Source: Camelus dromedarius
Lineage: Eukaryota
Direction: 5' to 3'
DNA length: 64,000 bases
Assembly: GCF_036321535.1 (NCBI RefSeq)
Contig: NC_087458.1
Location: forward strand, 1,736,001-1,800,000
The notes under the pieces were generated by a model. It saw nothing but the letters and a program-made list of their open reading frames with translations. It was not told the origin of the DNA and ran no database searches. Positions 1 through 11,689 of the stretch are shown here, piece by piece (positions within the stretch are counted from its first letter, which is position 1; every line of letters begins with the position of its first letter). The translations under genes and the position numbers were made by a program.

Positions 1-452
1 TACTTAGAAAATTCCAGAGCAGGGAGAGTGGAAATAGCTGGGATGGAGAGGTAGGCAGGGGCCACGGGAGGGCCTCTGTCTGCACATCTCCCTACGTGGT
101 CAAGGCCAGCTGTGAGGGCCGGAGGGAATCAGGGTCTCCACCAAACCCATTCCTGGGCTGCAAGCTGGCCAGAAGCTGGGTCCTTGCCTGGAGTCACCAT
201 GTCGTGCACTTGGATGGGGTGTAACTCCACTAGAGCATGAGCCCCGTGAAAGCAGAGGCTGCCCCAGGGTTCACTGCTGGACCCCTCGCAAGTGGCCCAG
301 TGCCTACACCCAGTAGGTGCTCCAGTGGTACGTGATGACTTGGCCAGAAGCGCGACAGGGGGCAGGGAACTTGGCAACGGCCCAGAGAACCAGGCCCCTA
401 GGGGACTCTCACTAGGAATGTGCCGGCCACCCCGCCGCCGTTCCAAGGGCGG

Positions 453-610
453 CCCCTCCCCCTCCTAGAACCTGCCTCTTCCCGTCCCCTCCCTTCCCAC
501 CCCCTTCTCTCTCTTCCCCCTGCCCCTGTCGCCCTCCCCTGCTGCTCCCCCTCCTCCCTTTCTGTCTGTCTGTCTCTCTTCCCTCTCCCCTCCTCTCCTC
601 TCCCCCTCCT
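453..610. repeat. Polypyrimidine/polypurine low-complexity tract
   Basis: About 160 bp of mostly C/T on the + strand (ccctcc, ctct, ctgt units). Confidence 0.85.
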
Positions 611-1289
611 GGACAGGCTGAGGCAGCACATTTCCAGGACACCTGTCCCATGACATGTGGCCGAGGCCAGAGTGGTCTGCAGACTCCCGAGGAAGGGGAA
701 ACCGAGGGGCAGGCACATAAACACTGTTCACGGGATGGGAAGGGAGTCACAGGGCTGCAGCAGGAAGAAATGGGGGAGACTTGGGAATCACGTGCATCTC
801 CGTGGATGGGGAGCCAAGGATCCGGGGAGAAAGTTGCCCAAATGCACCGGCAAGTTGGAGCCCTGGCTCCTGGCAGCTCCACATAAGTCACGCCAGCCCC
901 ATATCCCAGCCGCGGCGGGCAGCCTACACCTGGCAGCAGACGCTGCCGGTGCCCCACCCCTTCCGTGGCTCTGACGTGCACTTCCCCCAGCTTCGCTGTG
1001 CCTTGCTGCTTCGGGCATGCACCTGAGACTCTTCTGAGAACGGTCCCAGGGCTCCTGGGACCGCCAGGCCCAGCCCCCGGGGCAGCCCTCAGCCACGGCT
1101 TACTGTTTGGGACTCGGAAACCAGTGCTGCGTTGACTCACCTTCCAGAGCCCCCACTGGGCCCAGGCTGAGGCGGGGTCTCGGCTTCATGCTGGCCTGGT
1201 GTCTTCATTCCTTGTTTGCTTCACCCCTTCCTGGTTTCTCCGGGCGGTGGGGGGGTGGTCTGTCTCTAGGGAACCCAGTAGATGACCCT

Positions 1290-1390
1290 CAGTTGATTAA
1301 CTTCCCAATGAGCCTGTTTAGAGAGCTTTTAAATCAATGCAGCTGCTTCCCAGGGAGAAATAATTCATATTTACATAAATTTGCATACAG
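1290..1390. promoter_or_regulatory. POU/ONECUT/FOX/CCAAT motif cluster
   Basis: Octamer ATTTGCAT 1379-1386, variant ATTTACAT 1369-1376, TAATTCAT 1361-1368, AAATCAAT 1331-1338, CCAAT 1305-1309, and a GTTAAT HNF1 half-site on the minus strand near 1296-1301. Confidence 0.45.
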
Positions 1391-1468
1391 TTCTGGATCC
1401 CCCAGAAGTCTACCCGCACCTGCCTTTGAGCCTTTGAGACCATGAGCCCCAGGTTAAGATCTGCTGCC

Positions 1469-1489
1469 TGTGTGTGTGTGTGTGTGTGT
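1469..1489. repeat. (TG)10 microsatellite
   Basis: Seen directly. Confidence 0.95.
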
Positions 1490-1514
1490 CCAGTGGAGGG
1501 CAATGGGCAAGACA

Positions 1515-1725
1515 GGGCCTGCATTTGGACACCAGCCACCCACTGTAGTTTGAGTAACCTTGGGAAATGTTTCCCCCTCTCAGCTCAGTTTTCCTGCAAA
1601 ATGGGTAGAACAATACGACCATCGCAGGACCCATGGCGACTGGTTCCCAAAATCCACATGAAGCGCTTAGCACAGTGCCTGGCACCTGGTAGGTGGTATA
1701 AACACTGATACTGTTACTGCTGTAA
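1515..1725 (+). mobile_element. MIR SINE
   Basis: Core motifs ctcagttttcctgcaaaatggg and aagcgcttagcacagtgcctggcac match the MIR consensus. Confidence 0.9.
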
Positions 1726-3304
1726 TTTTACCAGAAGCTGCTGCAAGTCCTTACTGACTTGTTTGTTATTAGAATAATTTAATATGACAAACCACTTAGA
1801 GGCCGTTTGGTAAGGTCTGATTGACTTCCAGAATCCAGATATTTGAAATCATAAGTAGCAGTTACTTTTTTCATACAACCTCAATCAAATCTGTAGACAA
1901 GTCCTGCGAGGGACGCTGTCTCCAGGCAGGGAAAGCCAGGTGCAGTGCCAGGGGCGAGGGAGGCTACCCCAGGTGCCACAGCTAGCAGGGCTGACGCAGA
2001 CTGCCTTGGGGCCCGCCATGGCATGGGAGACCCCCAGGTGCCACACACACTGTTTGCCACTTTTCTGGAAAGGCTTCTTGAGGACCGGAAATCTGGATCT
2101 GTTGTCTTAACGACCATGTCTTCTGCTGTTCATCAAACTTGGAAAGCAGCTGCTAAAATATCGCTTCCGCCTCGTGGTTCCCATGCAGCTCGCTCCCAGG
2201 GCTGGGGAAAGTGCAGCGCTGTCAACAGTTCACAGCCTTCGCCTTTTCCTCTCCTTTCCAATTCAGGAACTGAGTGTAGTTCCTTTCTCCCCAACGCCAG
2301 GCAAGAGAGGAAGCAGTTTCTGCCCAGCGCAGCCTGTGCAGGCAGACTTGGGTGGGCTGCTGGTTTCCTGCCTGCCCTTTGCCCCCTGAAACCCCCTGCC
2401 CATCCTCCACTAATGAATGGGCCGCCTCCACCCACACGTTCCCACTGCTCCTGCCAGGCAGCCCACCTGGATTTCACCTACTCACCAGACAGACACAGGC
2501 AAGGGTGGCCAGGGTTGGCAGAGGAGTCTTCTTTGAAATGAAAGGATGAGCTTCACTCACCAATGACACAGCCATCTGTCCCTCCCCAAGGCAGCCACCG
2601 ACCACGTGGGGTCCCCACAGGTCATAGATAGAGCATTTCTTACGTGGCCTTTCTGTTGCACCACTAACACCTGCTCAGTGGAGAAACACGTAGAGCAGAA
2701 CAAAGGAAATAAACCACCACAGTGGCATCAATGAAATAAGAACAATGACCAAAGACCGTGCAGGACTTACTGGGCCAGGCACTGTGGGAAACACTCTCCC
2801 TTTGTGTCCATCCGCTGGCTGGATTCTAGTCTAACTCCTTGCTTGCTCCAGTGCTTGAGCCACCAAGAAGCTGTCATCTGGCTTGTATGCCTCTAGGAGT
2901 GGGGAGCTCATTCCTTGCCAGGGCTGGAAAGGTCTCCCACATGATGAGATGAAGCTGGCCTCCTGCCCATTCCTCCATCGGACCTTTGGCGCCAACCCCA
3001 TAAAGCAAGTCTGGTCACGGCCTGTGAGACACCTGAACACAGCAGTCCTTCCGCCTTTCGGTTCCTTCACCCTTTCTCTGACTTCGTCCCCATGTGACCC
3101 CCTCTCCCTGGACACAGAAGCCAACACTCACTGCAGGCGTCCTTCAAGCCAGGCGCTGGGACGTCCTCTCAGTCCGCACAGCACAGCCACGCAGGCGCTT
3201 TTCTTATCCCAGTGCCCCAGGTGAGGACACCTGAGTGTCAGAGAGGTAAGCTGTGCGCCCCAAGGTGCACGGACGGAGTCCAGAGACTCTCTCGACCCTG
3301 AGCC

Positions 3305-3630
3305 CTCGGCCCGGAAGTCCTTGTCCATACTCGGAGAGTGCCTCTGTGAACCCCGGAAGTCCTGGTCCATAAGCCCGGAAGAGCTTTCTGCCAACGCGGA
3401 GAGTGCCTCTGTGAACCCCAGAGGCACGTGTCGAAGCTCAGCCGTGTTACCGTGAACCCCAAAGGCCTGGGGGTTTTCCAGAGCACCTGTTAAAGGGCTG
3501 TGAGCCTGAAACGATGGAACGACTGCCTTAGGAACTGGTGTGGGAGGTTCTCTGTGCCATGGTCTGCGCCTGCGCCTGCGCATGTCGGCCCAGAGACCTT
3601 GCGGCTCGCTCCCCCGGGGGGGCGCTGGGG
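3305..3630. promoter_or_regulatory. Promoter-like element with repeated ETS/GABP sites and an NRF1 site
   Basis: CCGGAAGT at 3311 and 3353, CCGGAAG at 3375, CACGTG at 3425, TGCGCCTGCGCA at 3571-3582; CpG-rich. Confidence 0.5.
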
Positions 3631-4639
3631 GACCAGGACTCGAGGAGGACGGGGACAGCTCCTTTTCACCCTCCCTCGTTCTTCACTGTTTGAAGTTAGT
3701 TTTCTCCTATGTAATTATTACTGTTTTTCAAATGGGAATCTTAACACGAACCCCTAGAGGGGAGAGACCATATAGAATAGTCATCTGTTCCCCCAAGGGA
3801 GACAGCAGTAGGCTGGTTAGCACCTGTTTGAAAGGAGAGGGGTGAAGGGTAGCGGCAGTGAAAGAGAACAGCCTTTTGGAAAAATTTATCCAGATTTTAT
3901 CACCAGGCGTCATGTGCTGTGTAGGGAGAGCAGGTAGTAAAGGGCCAAAGACCTGTTTTTGTAGCTTTTTTCCTGCTGTGGCCAGCCCTGTAAAGATACA
4001 GTGGACACTTGACTTAACGAAATCATCTTCCGTGCCGACAACAGCAACCATTTCTCAGACACCAGCAGGAAAAGATGAGAGAAGTTTCTAATTGCAGTTT
4101 GCTCTGGCCCTTGGCCACCAGCTCCACCCCTACCCTTGGCGCAGCCCCAGGTGAGGTCCCTGGGCAACGCCCCAGTTTTCACTGCAGGGATGACCTGGAC
4201 CAGGCGGTATTTGCTTGGGAGTGTGGCTCCTGGCCTGGCCTACCTCCCAGCCCTGCCAGGCAGAGGAGCCTCCCCGCAGGCCTTCCTGAGGGCCGGAGGC
4301 AGAGAAACCCTCCTAGCAGTCCAAATAATTCTCCCTGCAGGTGCCAGGTCCCTCCCCCACGCACCTCCACCCACACGCGCTCCAGAAGAGTAAATTCTGC
4401 AAGTTTTCATCAGTTCTTGTCTCTGATGGAACTGAAGTGGGGAGCCAGTAGGAAAAAGGCTGGCTGGCTCTTGGAACTGGTGCTCCAGGGCACCTCACAC
4501 ACTGACGAAGGAAATCCAGATCCATCCAATGGTGGGTCCTGCACTGCCGGGTGATGCTCAACAGCCTTAACAAAGTCTGTAGCTTTGACCCAGCCGCCTC
4601 CGCTGCTTGGAATTCAGCCAAGGAAGCCATCTGATGAGC

Positions 4640-4975
4640 TAAGAGATGTAACTCCTAGGATGTGTAGCTCAGCATGGTTATGAGAAACAGCCTAAATATC
4701 CGACAGGCTGCGTCAGATGATGTAAATGAGGATAGAGTCATAGGCTGCTATGCTTCCACGGCCATTTATAAGGGTGGATATGGGAGTGCTTTTGTGGATA
4801 TGGAAAGATATTTCAAGATGGAAAAAGGAAATTACAAAATAGTGTCACATGACTCTGATTTTGTAGAACCCTACACATGCATGGGATATGCACACAGAGA
4901 CTGTCTGCAGTGTCGTCTGGGCTGCGCAGCAAAGTACTTACAGGATTATTTCCAAAGGGTAAGATTATAGGTGAT
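4640..4975 (+). mobile_element. Old L1M 3' fragment
   Basis: Resembles the L1 3' region (aaacagcctaaatatcc, atggaaagatatttcaagat, aaagggtaagattataggtgatttt). Confidence 0.6.
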
Positions 4976-6289
4976 TTTTTTTGTAATTCTTGTTAATCTG
5001 TGCATTCTAATTTTTTGTGAAATGACAGATATTCTTAAATGAACTTCTTAAAGATATAATTTGCATACAATAAAATGCACTCACTTTGTGTGTTTTAACA
5101 AATTTCAAAAAATGTATACCACCCATGTAAATGTCACCACTAACAAGTTATAGAACATCCCATCATCACCCGCAGTAATTTCTCTCAAGCCCCTCTTCAG
5201 GCAAACCCTGCGCCCTCCTGCAGTCCTGGCCCCACACAGCCGTTGATCTGCTTTCTGTTACTCAGTTAGATCTGTCTTTTCTGGAGTTTCATATAAATAA
5301 AGTCATACTGTGCATTCTCTCCCGTGTGCGCTTGCTTTCACTCAGCATAATGGTTTTGAAGTTCACCCATGTTACATTTATCAGTAGGATTTCTTTTTCT
5401 TTTAAAGCTGAGTAGTATTCTACTATATGGATATGCCGTGACTTATTTATCCATTTACCTCTTGATGGGCATTTAGATTGTTTCCAGTTTGGGGTTCCAG
5501 CTACGAAGTTGTCATGAGCTTAGTTGTTCAAATCTTTCTGTGGCCCCGTGTTTTCATTTCTCTTGAGGAAATGCACAGGAGTGGAGTCGCTGGGTCGTGT
5601 GGTAAATGCATGTTTGGTTCCAGGAAAAGCTATGCAACTGTTTTCCACCCTTATATAATTGTGCATGCCCACCGGCAACGGAAGTTGTAGTTCTTCTAAT
5701 CTTTGCCAGCACTTGGTATTGTTGGTCTTTCTAATTTAGCCATTTAATGAGTGTGTGTCTCATTGTGGTTTTAATTTGCATGTCCCCAGTAACTAGTGAG
5801 GTTGAACATTTTTATTGTGATTATTGACTACCCATGTGTCATTTTTGGTGCCAGTACCACTCTTTCACACACTTCTAATAATTTTTCCATTTTTTTCATG
5901 GTGTTATTGGCTTCTTATTATGGGTTTGGGATATTTTGAATATATACTGGATGTAAGTCCTTCATCAAATATGTACACTGAATGTCTTCTCCCAGTCAGT
6001 GACTGGGGTGAGCTTTTTAGTTTCTTAATGGTGTCTTATGAAGAACATAAGTTTAAAATTTTGATTAAGTTCAATTATGAATATTTTTCTTTTATGGTTT
6101 ATGCTTTTTGTGTTTTGTCTAAGAAATCTTTGCCTATCCTAAAGCTATAAAGATTTTCTCCTATGTTTTCTTCTTGAAGTTCTATAGTTTTGGCTTTTGT
6201 ATGGAGGTCAGTGATGCACTTCAATTTAATTTTATAAATGATGTGAGTAGTTTTATAATGGTGTTCAAGGTGCATTTTTATCCATAATT

Positions 6290-6576
6290 TATGCTGTGCG
6301 AAATGGTAGCCACTGGTCACAGGTAGCTTTTGTGCACTTAAATGTGCCTAGTCTGAATCAAGATGTGCTGCAAGTATAAAATATACACCAGATTTTGAAG
6401 ACTTGAGACAGAAAAAAAATGTAAAAGCCAGTGTTGAAATGACAATGTTTGGATATATTGGGTTTAAAATATTATTAAAATCAGTTTTACTTATTTCCTT
6501 CTGCTTTTTTAATATGACTACCAGAACCTTAAAATTATGTCTGTGGCTTGCGTTATATTTCTAATGGGCAGCACTG
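6290..6576 (-). mobile_element. MER33 (hAT-Charlie) DNA transposon
   Basis: atggtagccactggtcaca, aaatatacaccagattttgaagactt and the end tttctaatgggcagcactg match MER33 in reverse orientation. Confidence 0.85.
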
Positions 6577-7067
6577 GTCCATCCCAGTGCAGTTTGTTGG
6601 GAAACTGTCCTTTCCTTTCCTTGATTTACATTAGCACTATTGTAAAGAATCAACTGACCACGTGCTTGCAGGTCAGTCAGCAAGCTCTCGGTTCTGCTCG
6701 CCTGATCTGAATCTGTCCTTCTGCCTGTACCACACTGTCCCGAGCACCGTAGCTTTACAGTCAGGCTTGAAATTAGGTCATGTAAGCCCTCCAACTTCTT
6801 TCTTGTTTTCCAAAATTGTTTTTGTTACCTAAGCCCTTTCCCCTTCCATGTACGTGTTAGCGTCAGCTTGTCAGTTTCTATTTCTTCTTAGAGCCTGTAG
6901 GGATTTTATTAAGACTGTATGCAATCTATAGATCCATTTGGGGGAAACTGACATCTTAAAAACGGTGACTTTTTTGATCCATAAACATGATATATCACCC
7001 CAGTTATACGTCTCCCTTAATTTCTCTCAGCAATACTTTCTAGTTTTATTTTCCTTAAATATGTTAC

Positions 7068-7116
7068 GGGTTTTTTTAGTTGAAGTATAGTTGATTAACA
7101 GTGTTGAGTTAGTTTC
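7068..7116 (-). mobile_element. 49-bp extremely 5'-truncated L1 3' end with 11-bp TSD
   Basis: tttttttagttgaagtatagttgattaacagtgttgagttagtttc is an antisense L1 terminus, flanked by aaatatgttac at 7057-7067 and 7117-7127. Confidence 0.8.
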
Positions 7117-7157
7117 AAATATGTTACAATTTTGCTGTTATTTCAAATGGTATTTTT

Positions 7158-7879
7158 TCTTCTTTTTTTTATTGAGTTATAGTCAGTTTACAATGTTATG
7201 TCAATTTCCAGTGTAGAGCAAAATTTTTCATTTATATATGAACATACATATATTCATTGTCGCATTCTTTTTCACTGTGAGCTACCACAAGATCTTGTAT
7301 ATATTTCCCTGTGCTATACAGTATAGTCTTGTTTATAATTCTGCATATGCCTGTCAGTATCTACAAATTTCAAACTCCCAGTCTGTCCATTCCCACCCCC
7401 TCCCCTCTGGCAACCACAAGTTTGTATGCTATGTCTATGAGTCTGTTTTAAATACTACATATAGCGATCTCATATGGTATTTTTCTTTCTCTTTCTGGCT
7501 TACTTCACTTAGAATGACGTTCTCCAGGGACATCCATGTTGTTGCAANNNNNNNNNNNNNNNNNNNNNNNNNNNNNNNNNNNNNNNNNNNNNNNNNNNNN
7601 NNNNNNNNNNNNNNNNNNNNNNNNNNNNNNNNNNNNNNNNNNNNNNNNNNNNNNNNNNNNNNNNNNNNNNNNNNNNNNNNNNNNNNNNNNNNNNNNNNNN
7701 NNNTTTTGAAGTAGGGTTCCTTCTGGGTATGTGCCTAGGAGCAGGATTCCTGGGTCATACAGTAAGTCTATTCCTAGTCTTTTGAGGAATCTCCATACTG
7801 TCTTCCACAGTGGCTGCACCAACCTGCATTCCTACCAGCAGTGTAGGAGGGTTCCCTTTTCTCCACAGCATCTCCAGCA
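7158..7879 (-). mobile_element. Young lineage-specific L1, 5'-truncated
   Basis: Poly-T start, L1 3' UTR and ORF2 C-terminal peptide [29 protein letters not shown]; imperfect TSD tcaaatggtattttt (7143-7157) / tcaaatgatactttt (7880-7894). Confidence 0.92.
7548..7703. other. N block (156 nt) inside L1
   Basis: Seen directly. Confidence 0.99.
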
Positions 7880-10074
7880 TCAAATGATACTTTTAAATTT
7901 TTATCTTCAAATTATCAATTGCAACTATATAGAAACAGAACTAAAAAAAATTTTTTAGCAAATTGACCTAGTATATTTGCTACCTTACTGCATTTGCTCA
8001 TTGCTTCTAGCAGTTTCCCGTAGACTCCTTAGGGTTTTCTGTGTGTACAATGATGCCATCTATAAAGAAAGTCATTTTCCTTCCTTCTTTCCGATTGACC
8101 TTCCTTTGTTTTACTTTCTCACATTAGCTAGGACCCTGTTCAATATATGTGGTCAGAGTGGGTGTCTTCTCTTTGTTCCTGACCTCAGGGGGGACGCATT
8201 TGGTCCTTACTCTCAAGTATGATGTCAGCTGTAGGTTTTTCATGTATCAGTGAACCTTTATCAAGTTGAGGAAGATTTCCTCTACTCCTAGTTTGCTGAG
8301 TTTATCATGAATTGGTTCCAAATTTTTGAAATGTTTTTTTCTGATTATATCAAGATGGCCATATGGTTTTTCTCCTTTCTTCTGTTGATGTGGTCATTTT
8401 CATATGTTTAACCAACCTTGCATTCCTGGAATAAACTAGTTGATTGTGGTATTGTATGTGCCGGGCATATTGCAGATACTGGACCCTCTTTGGTGGACTG
8501 ATCAAGGCTGGATCCTGGCCCTGATACATTCATCTTAGAGCCCAGGAGCCTGGGCACCAGTGAAGGGCAGGCTCCCCGAGCCTGGGCAGAGCTGGAGTTG
8601 CTCCCTGTGTGTCTCTCTACACAGCCCTTCTGCATTCTAGGCTGGGAATACCTCGAGTGTGACTTGAGCCACATTACAGGGAGAAATACTGAGCACCTAT
8701 GTTTGTGAGAGCCCCAACAGGGTGGCCCTGTCCAGGCGTCGCTGGGATCAAAATGGCTTGTCGGTCCCCGTGACTTTACCCTGTTTCTGCCATTAGTTCA
8801 AAGGGGGCCTCTTGGGACACTCACACCCTCTACACAAGCGGGGATTCAACACCAACTAGTAGGGTGTCTTGTCAGTTACACTTCAGGGTAATTCAGAGGC
8901 AGAGAGACATCTTGGTGCTTCAAGCCATTTCCAATGTCAGCCTCCTGGCCTCCCCCCGCAGCCCTGCAGGGAAAGGCATCTGTGTTGGGCCAAGACCGTG
9001 GAGGTCCCACCAGCCCAGCCTGACCACAGGAGCTTCAGCCCTCTGCCTGTCATCAGGTTCACTTAATCCCCAGGAAACTTCACAATCTGAAGCATCCTCG
9101 GCAGGACCCAGGACATAAAGCGTGATTTATTGCCGCTGAAGCATGTCCTTTTGTATTTCCAAACTGCCTTGGGGAGCAATTCCTCACAATGTCAGCAGCT
9201 GGCTCAGGAGAGGTGGGAAGGCAGAGGGCGGTGGGACCGCGCGTGTGTGCCCCTGCCCCTGCCCCTGGGACCCTCCCCGGGACCACAGCTGACCACCTCA
9301 GGCCAGGAAGATGCCTGGCCTCCAAGTCCTTGGGAGGGGGGTCCAAGGACGCTGGTGTGACCCAGGCTCCTGGGCCCAGGGGAGCAGCCCCGGACTTTGG
9401 CGCTTCCTGCCCTCCCTGGCCCAGCTGCCCCGCTTTTATTAGAACCAGTTGCAGATGAGTTTCCTAGAAACAAAAGGGGCTGAGCTCATCGGCCTCTCCC
9501 TGAGCAGAGGAAATGCTAGCACCAGAGCCTTGGCTGTGGGTTCAGAACTTTTCCAGCACCGTCTCCCTGGGTCCTCAAAGCCGCCCCGGAGGTCACGAGG
9601 GGATCGCTGTTGCCCCATACAGGAGGGGGACCGAGGCGCAGGGAGGCTAAGTGCCCCACCCGAGGCCCCACAGCTGGATCTGAACCGGCGCCCTCAGGCC
9701 CTCCCTGTGTGGCGCTGTGTCGGCTCGGCAAGCCCGGGCCTGCTCCCACGACCTGGCACTTGGTTTCCTGTCCCGCGTTCTGCCCAGAAAGAGTAAGAGC
9801 CCCACAGATACTGCAGGCTCATCACCCGTCCTCTTCTGAACCTGGGATTCCTCCCTGAGGGAACAATGATGAGTAAGGCTCCCAAGAAAAACTGGCCAGA
9901 ACCGTGCAGCCTTTTCCGACCTAGACTCGGAGTCACACAGCATCACTTCTGCTGCATTCTCTTCCCCAAGGGCAGTCACGTCACCTGTCCAGGTTCAGGC
10001 AGAGGAGACAGATTCACCTCCAGATGGGAGGAGGGTTGAAGAATGTGTGGACATGTTTGAAATCCACCACAGAT

Positions 10075-10198
10075 GATTACTAATGTCATCTCCATTCTAC
10101 GAGAGAGATGACAGAAGCACAAAGAGGTTAAGTGAGCAGCCAGGGTCACACAGCTGATCTAAACCCAGAGTCTGTGCTCTTGACCACCTCACTGTGCT
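10075..10198 (-). mobile_element. MIR SINE fragment
   Basis: gcacaaagaggttaagtgagcagccagggtcacacagct is the reverse MIR core. Confidence 0.85.
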
Positions 10199-10854
10199 AC
10201 AATTTCAGGGATTCATGTTTCTCTGATGCTCCTTCCTGGGTCCCAGGCCAAAATCCTAGTTGTAATTAGTGCAGTAAGTTGGTTCCTCCATTTCCAGGCC
10301 ATCAGTAGTTCCCAAGCTCCCTCGTGTCCCAGGCCCTGGGTTAACCTGTGGTGACACTCATGAAGATGCAGCCCCTGCCCTCGGGGAGCCCCTGGCTGGC
10401 AGGGAGGTGACCTGTCTCATCTAACTGCGGCCCACGTGGTCTGAGCTCTCAGTCACGCCACCTAACAGCTGGCTTCATGGGCTGGGGGGTGGGGGTGACA
10501 CTGACGCCTGGGCTGTGACAGGGCTTCCCGGAGGAGACGTGGCGTTTGACGGACTTCGAGCAGGGCTCCTCAGCCTCAGCGTGCCTGACGCTTGGGCTGC
10601 CCAGCGCACGGCAAGATGCTGCGTGGCATCCCTAGCTTTGACCAGGAACAGGCACCATCGATGTCTCTGGGTCCCAAATATCCCCTGGGAGCGAAAGTAC
10701 TTCTAGCTGAGGACCGCTGGCTGAAGGGAAGCAGCAGGACACTTTCCAGAAGGAAGGAAAAAACCCAAGTACAGGCAGGTTCAAGGTGTGGCTGAAACAC
10801 AGGCTGCATCACAAGATGTGAAACCAGAAAGAGGAGCACGAGCTAGCCTGGGAG

Positions 10855-11090
10855 GGCCTGGTGTCTTGCAAGGAAATCTGGGCTCTTGCCTGTTAGGCAG
10901 TGGGGAGCCACGGACAGTTACTAAGCAAGGGAGTGGCGTGAGAAAGCTTCTTATTTAAAAAGATCAGTCTGTTAGTGATGCACAGGCAGGGATTGCTGTT
11001 AAGAGGTTACTGTAGTGGTGCAAGCGACAGAAGATGTGCACAGACACAAGGAGGAATGTCACCAAACAGGAATGTCACCAGGCAAGATTT
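10855..11090 (-). mobile_element. L2 fragment
   Basis: taggcagtggggagccacggacagttactaagcaagggagtggcgtga resembles antisense L2. Confidence 0.6.
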
Positions 11091-11689
11091 GTTAAGTCCG
11101 AGGAGGAAGGGACTGAGGAGAGAGGTGATTAAGGGAAGTTCTGGGGCAATGAATGCTTTGTGCGGAGCTGGTCCTGCAGCCAGGCTCCCGGCAAAGCCCT
11201 CAGGGCTCATTTCAGCCACACAGCCACCCCCTGAGGTCACCCTCATCGTTACCTCCTTTCACAGACAGACGACAGAGGGTATGAAATTCAGGTGCTGGCA
11301 GGGACTGGAGCCCGTGTCCCCAGCCCCAAAAGCTCATGGGGAGTGGGTTGGCTCCGCAAAACCAGACCTGGTGCGGTTCTGGGGGGATTCATCAGCACCA
11401 TTCTCCCCAAGGGGGCGCCCTCTGCCTGCACCTGCGCACTTGCTTGTGCTGGAGTGTCTGAGGCTCTCATTATCCCCATTTCACAGATGGGGCCACCAAG
11501 GCATGGAGAGGTGTCCCCGTGCCCCTGTATCACTTTGGCCCCCCCAGGCGGAGTCCCAGCCGCCCTGCCCCCAGCCCTTGGCACCCTGTGGGTGGGAGCG
11601 GCACCGCCCTGTGACTTTAAGTCCCGTTTCTCTGGTGACCAGGGAGGATGCCTAGCGGTTGTCCGCATCCTCCCAGCCACTCTGTGTCT

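Larger units (their letters stand above)
5045..8450 (-). mobile_element. Old L1M element (3' UTR and ORF2 remnants), interrupted by later insertions
   Basis: Minus-strand peptides KTIELQEENIGENLYSFRIGKDFLDKTQKA (6099-6320) and RGQLILYNSANVNQGKERTV (6561-6794) are degenerate L1 ORF2; the antisense L1 3' UTR starts near 5050. Confidence 0.9.

Noticed and set aside
412-1140. 242-aa minus-strand ORF (also long ORFs at 10975-11655, 34574-35317, 35695-36363, 41407-42246, 42246-42890)
   Set aside because: Compositions rich in Arg, Gly, Pro, Ala and Ser are typical of stop-poor GC-rich non-coding DNA; several run through low-complexity tracts, MIR or L2; no recognisable domain.
3311-3460. Repeat-spacer-like pattern resembling a CRISPR array
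   Set aside because: Mammalian DNA; only two copies of each unit, interleaved, with no regular spacers.
3611-3627. CTCF-like cccccgggggggcgctg
   Set aside because: Only the 3' half fits CCACCAGGGGGCGC; too weak to call on its own.
6099-6794. Protein-like peptides at 6099-6320 and 6561-6794 (also 7505-7822, 11712-11894, 20318-20614, 37547-37777)
   Set aside because: These are LINE-1 ORF2 remnants, not host genes.
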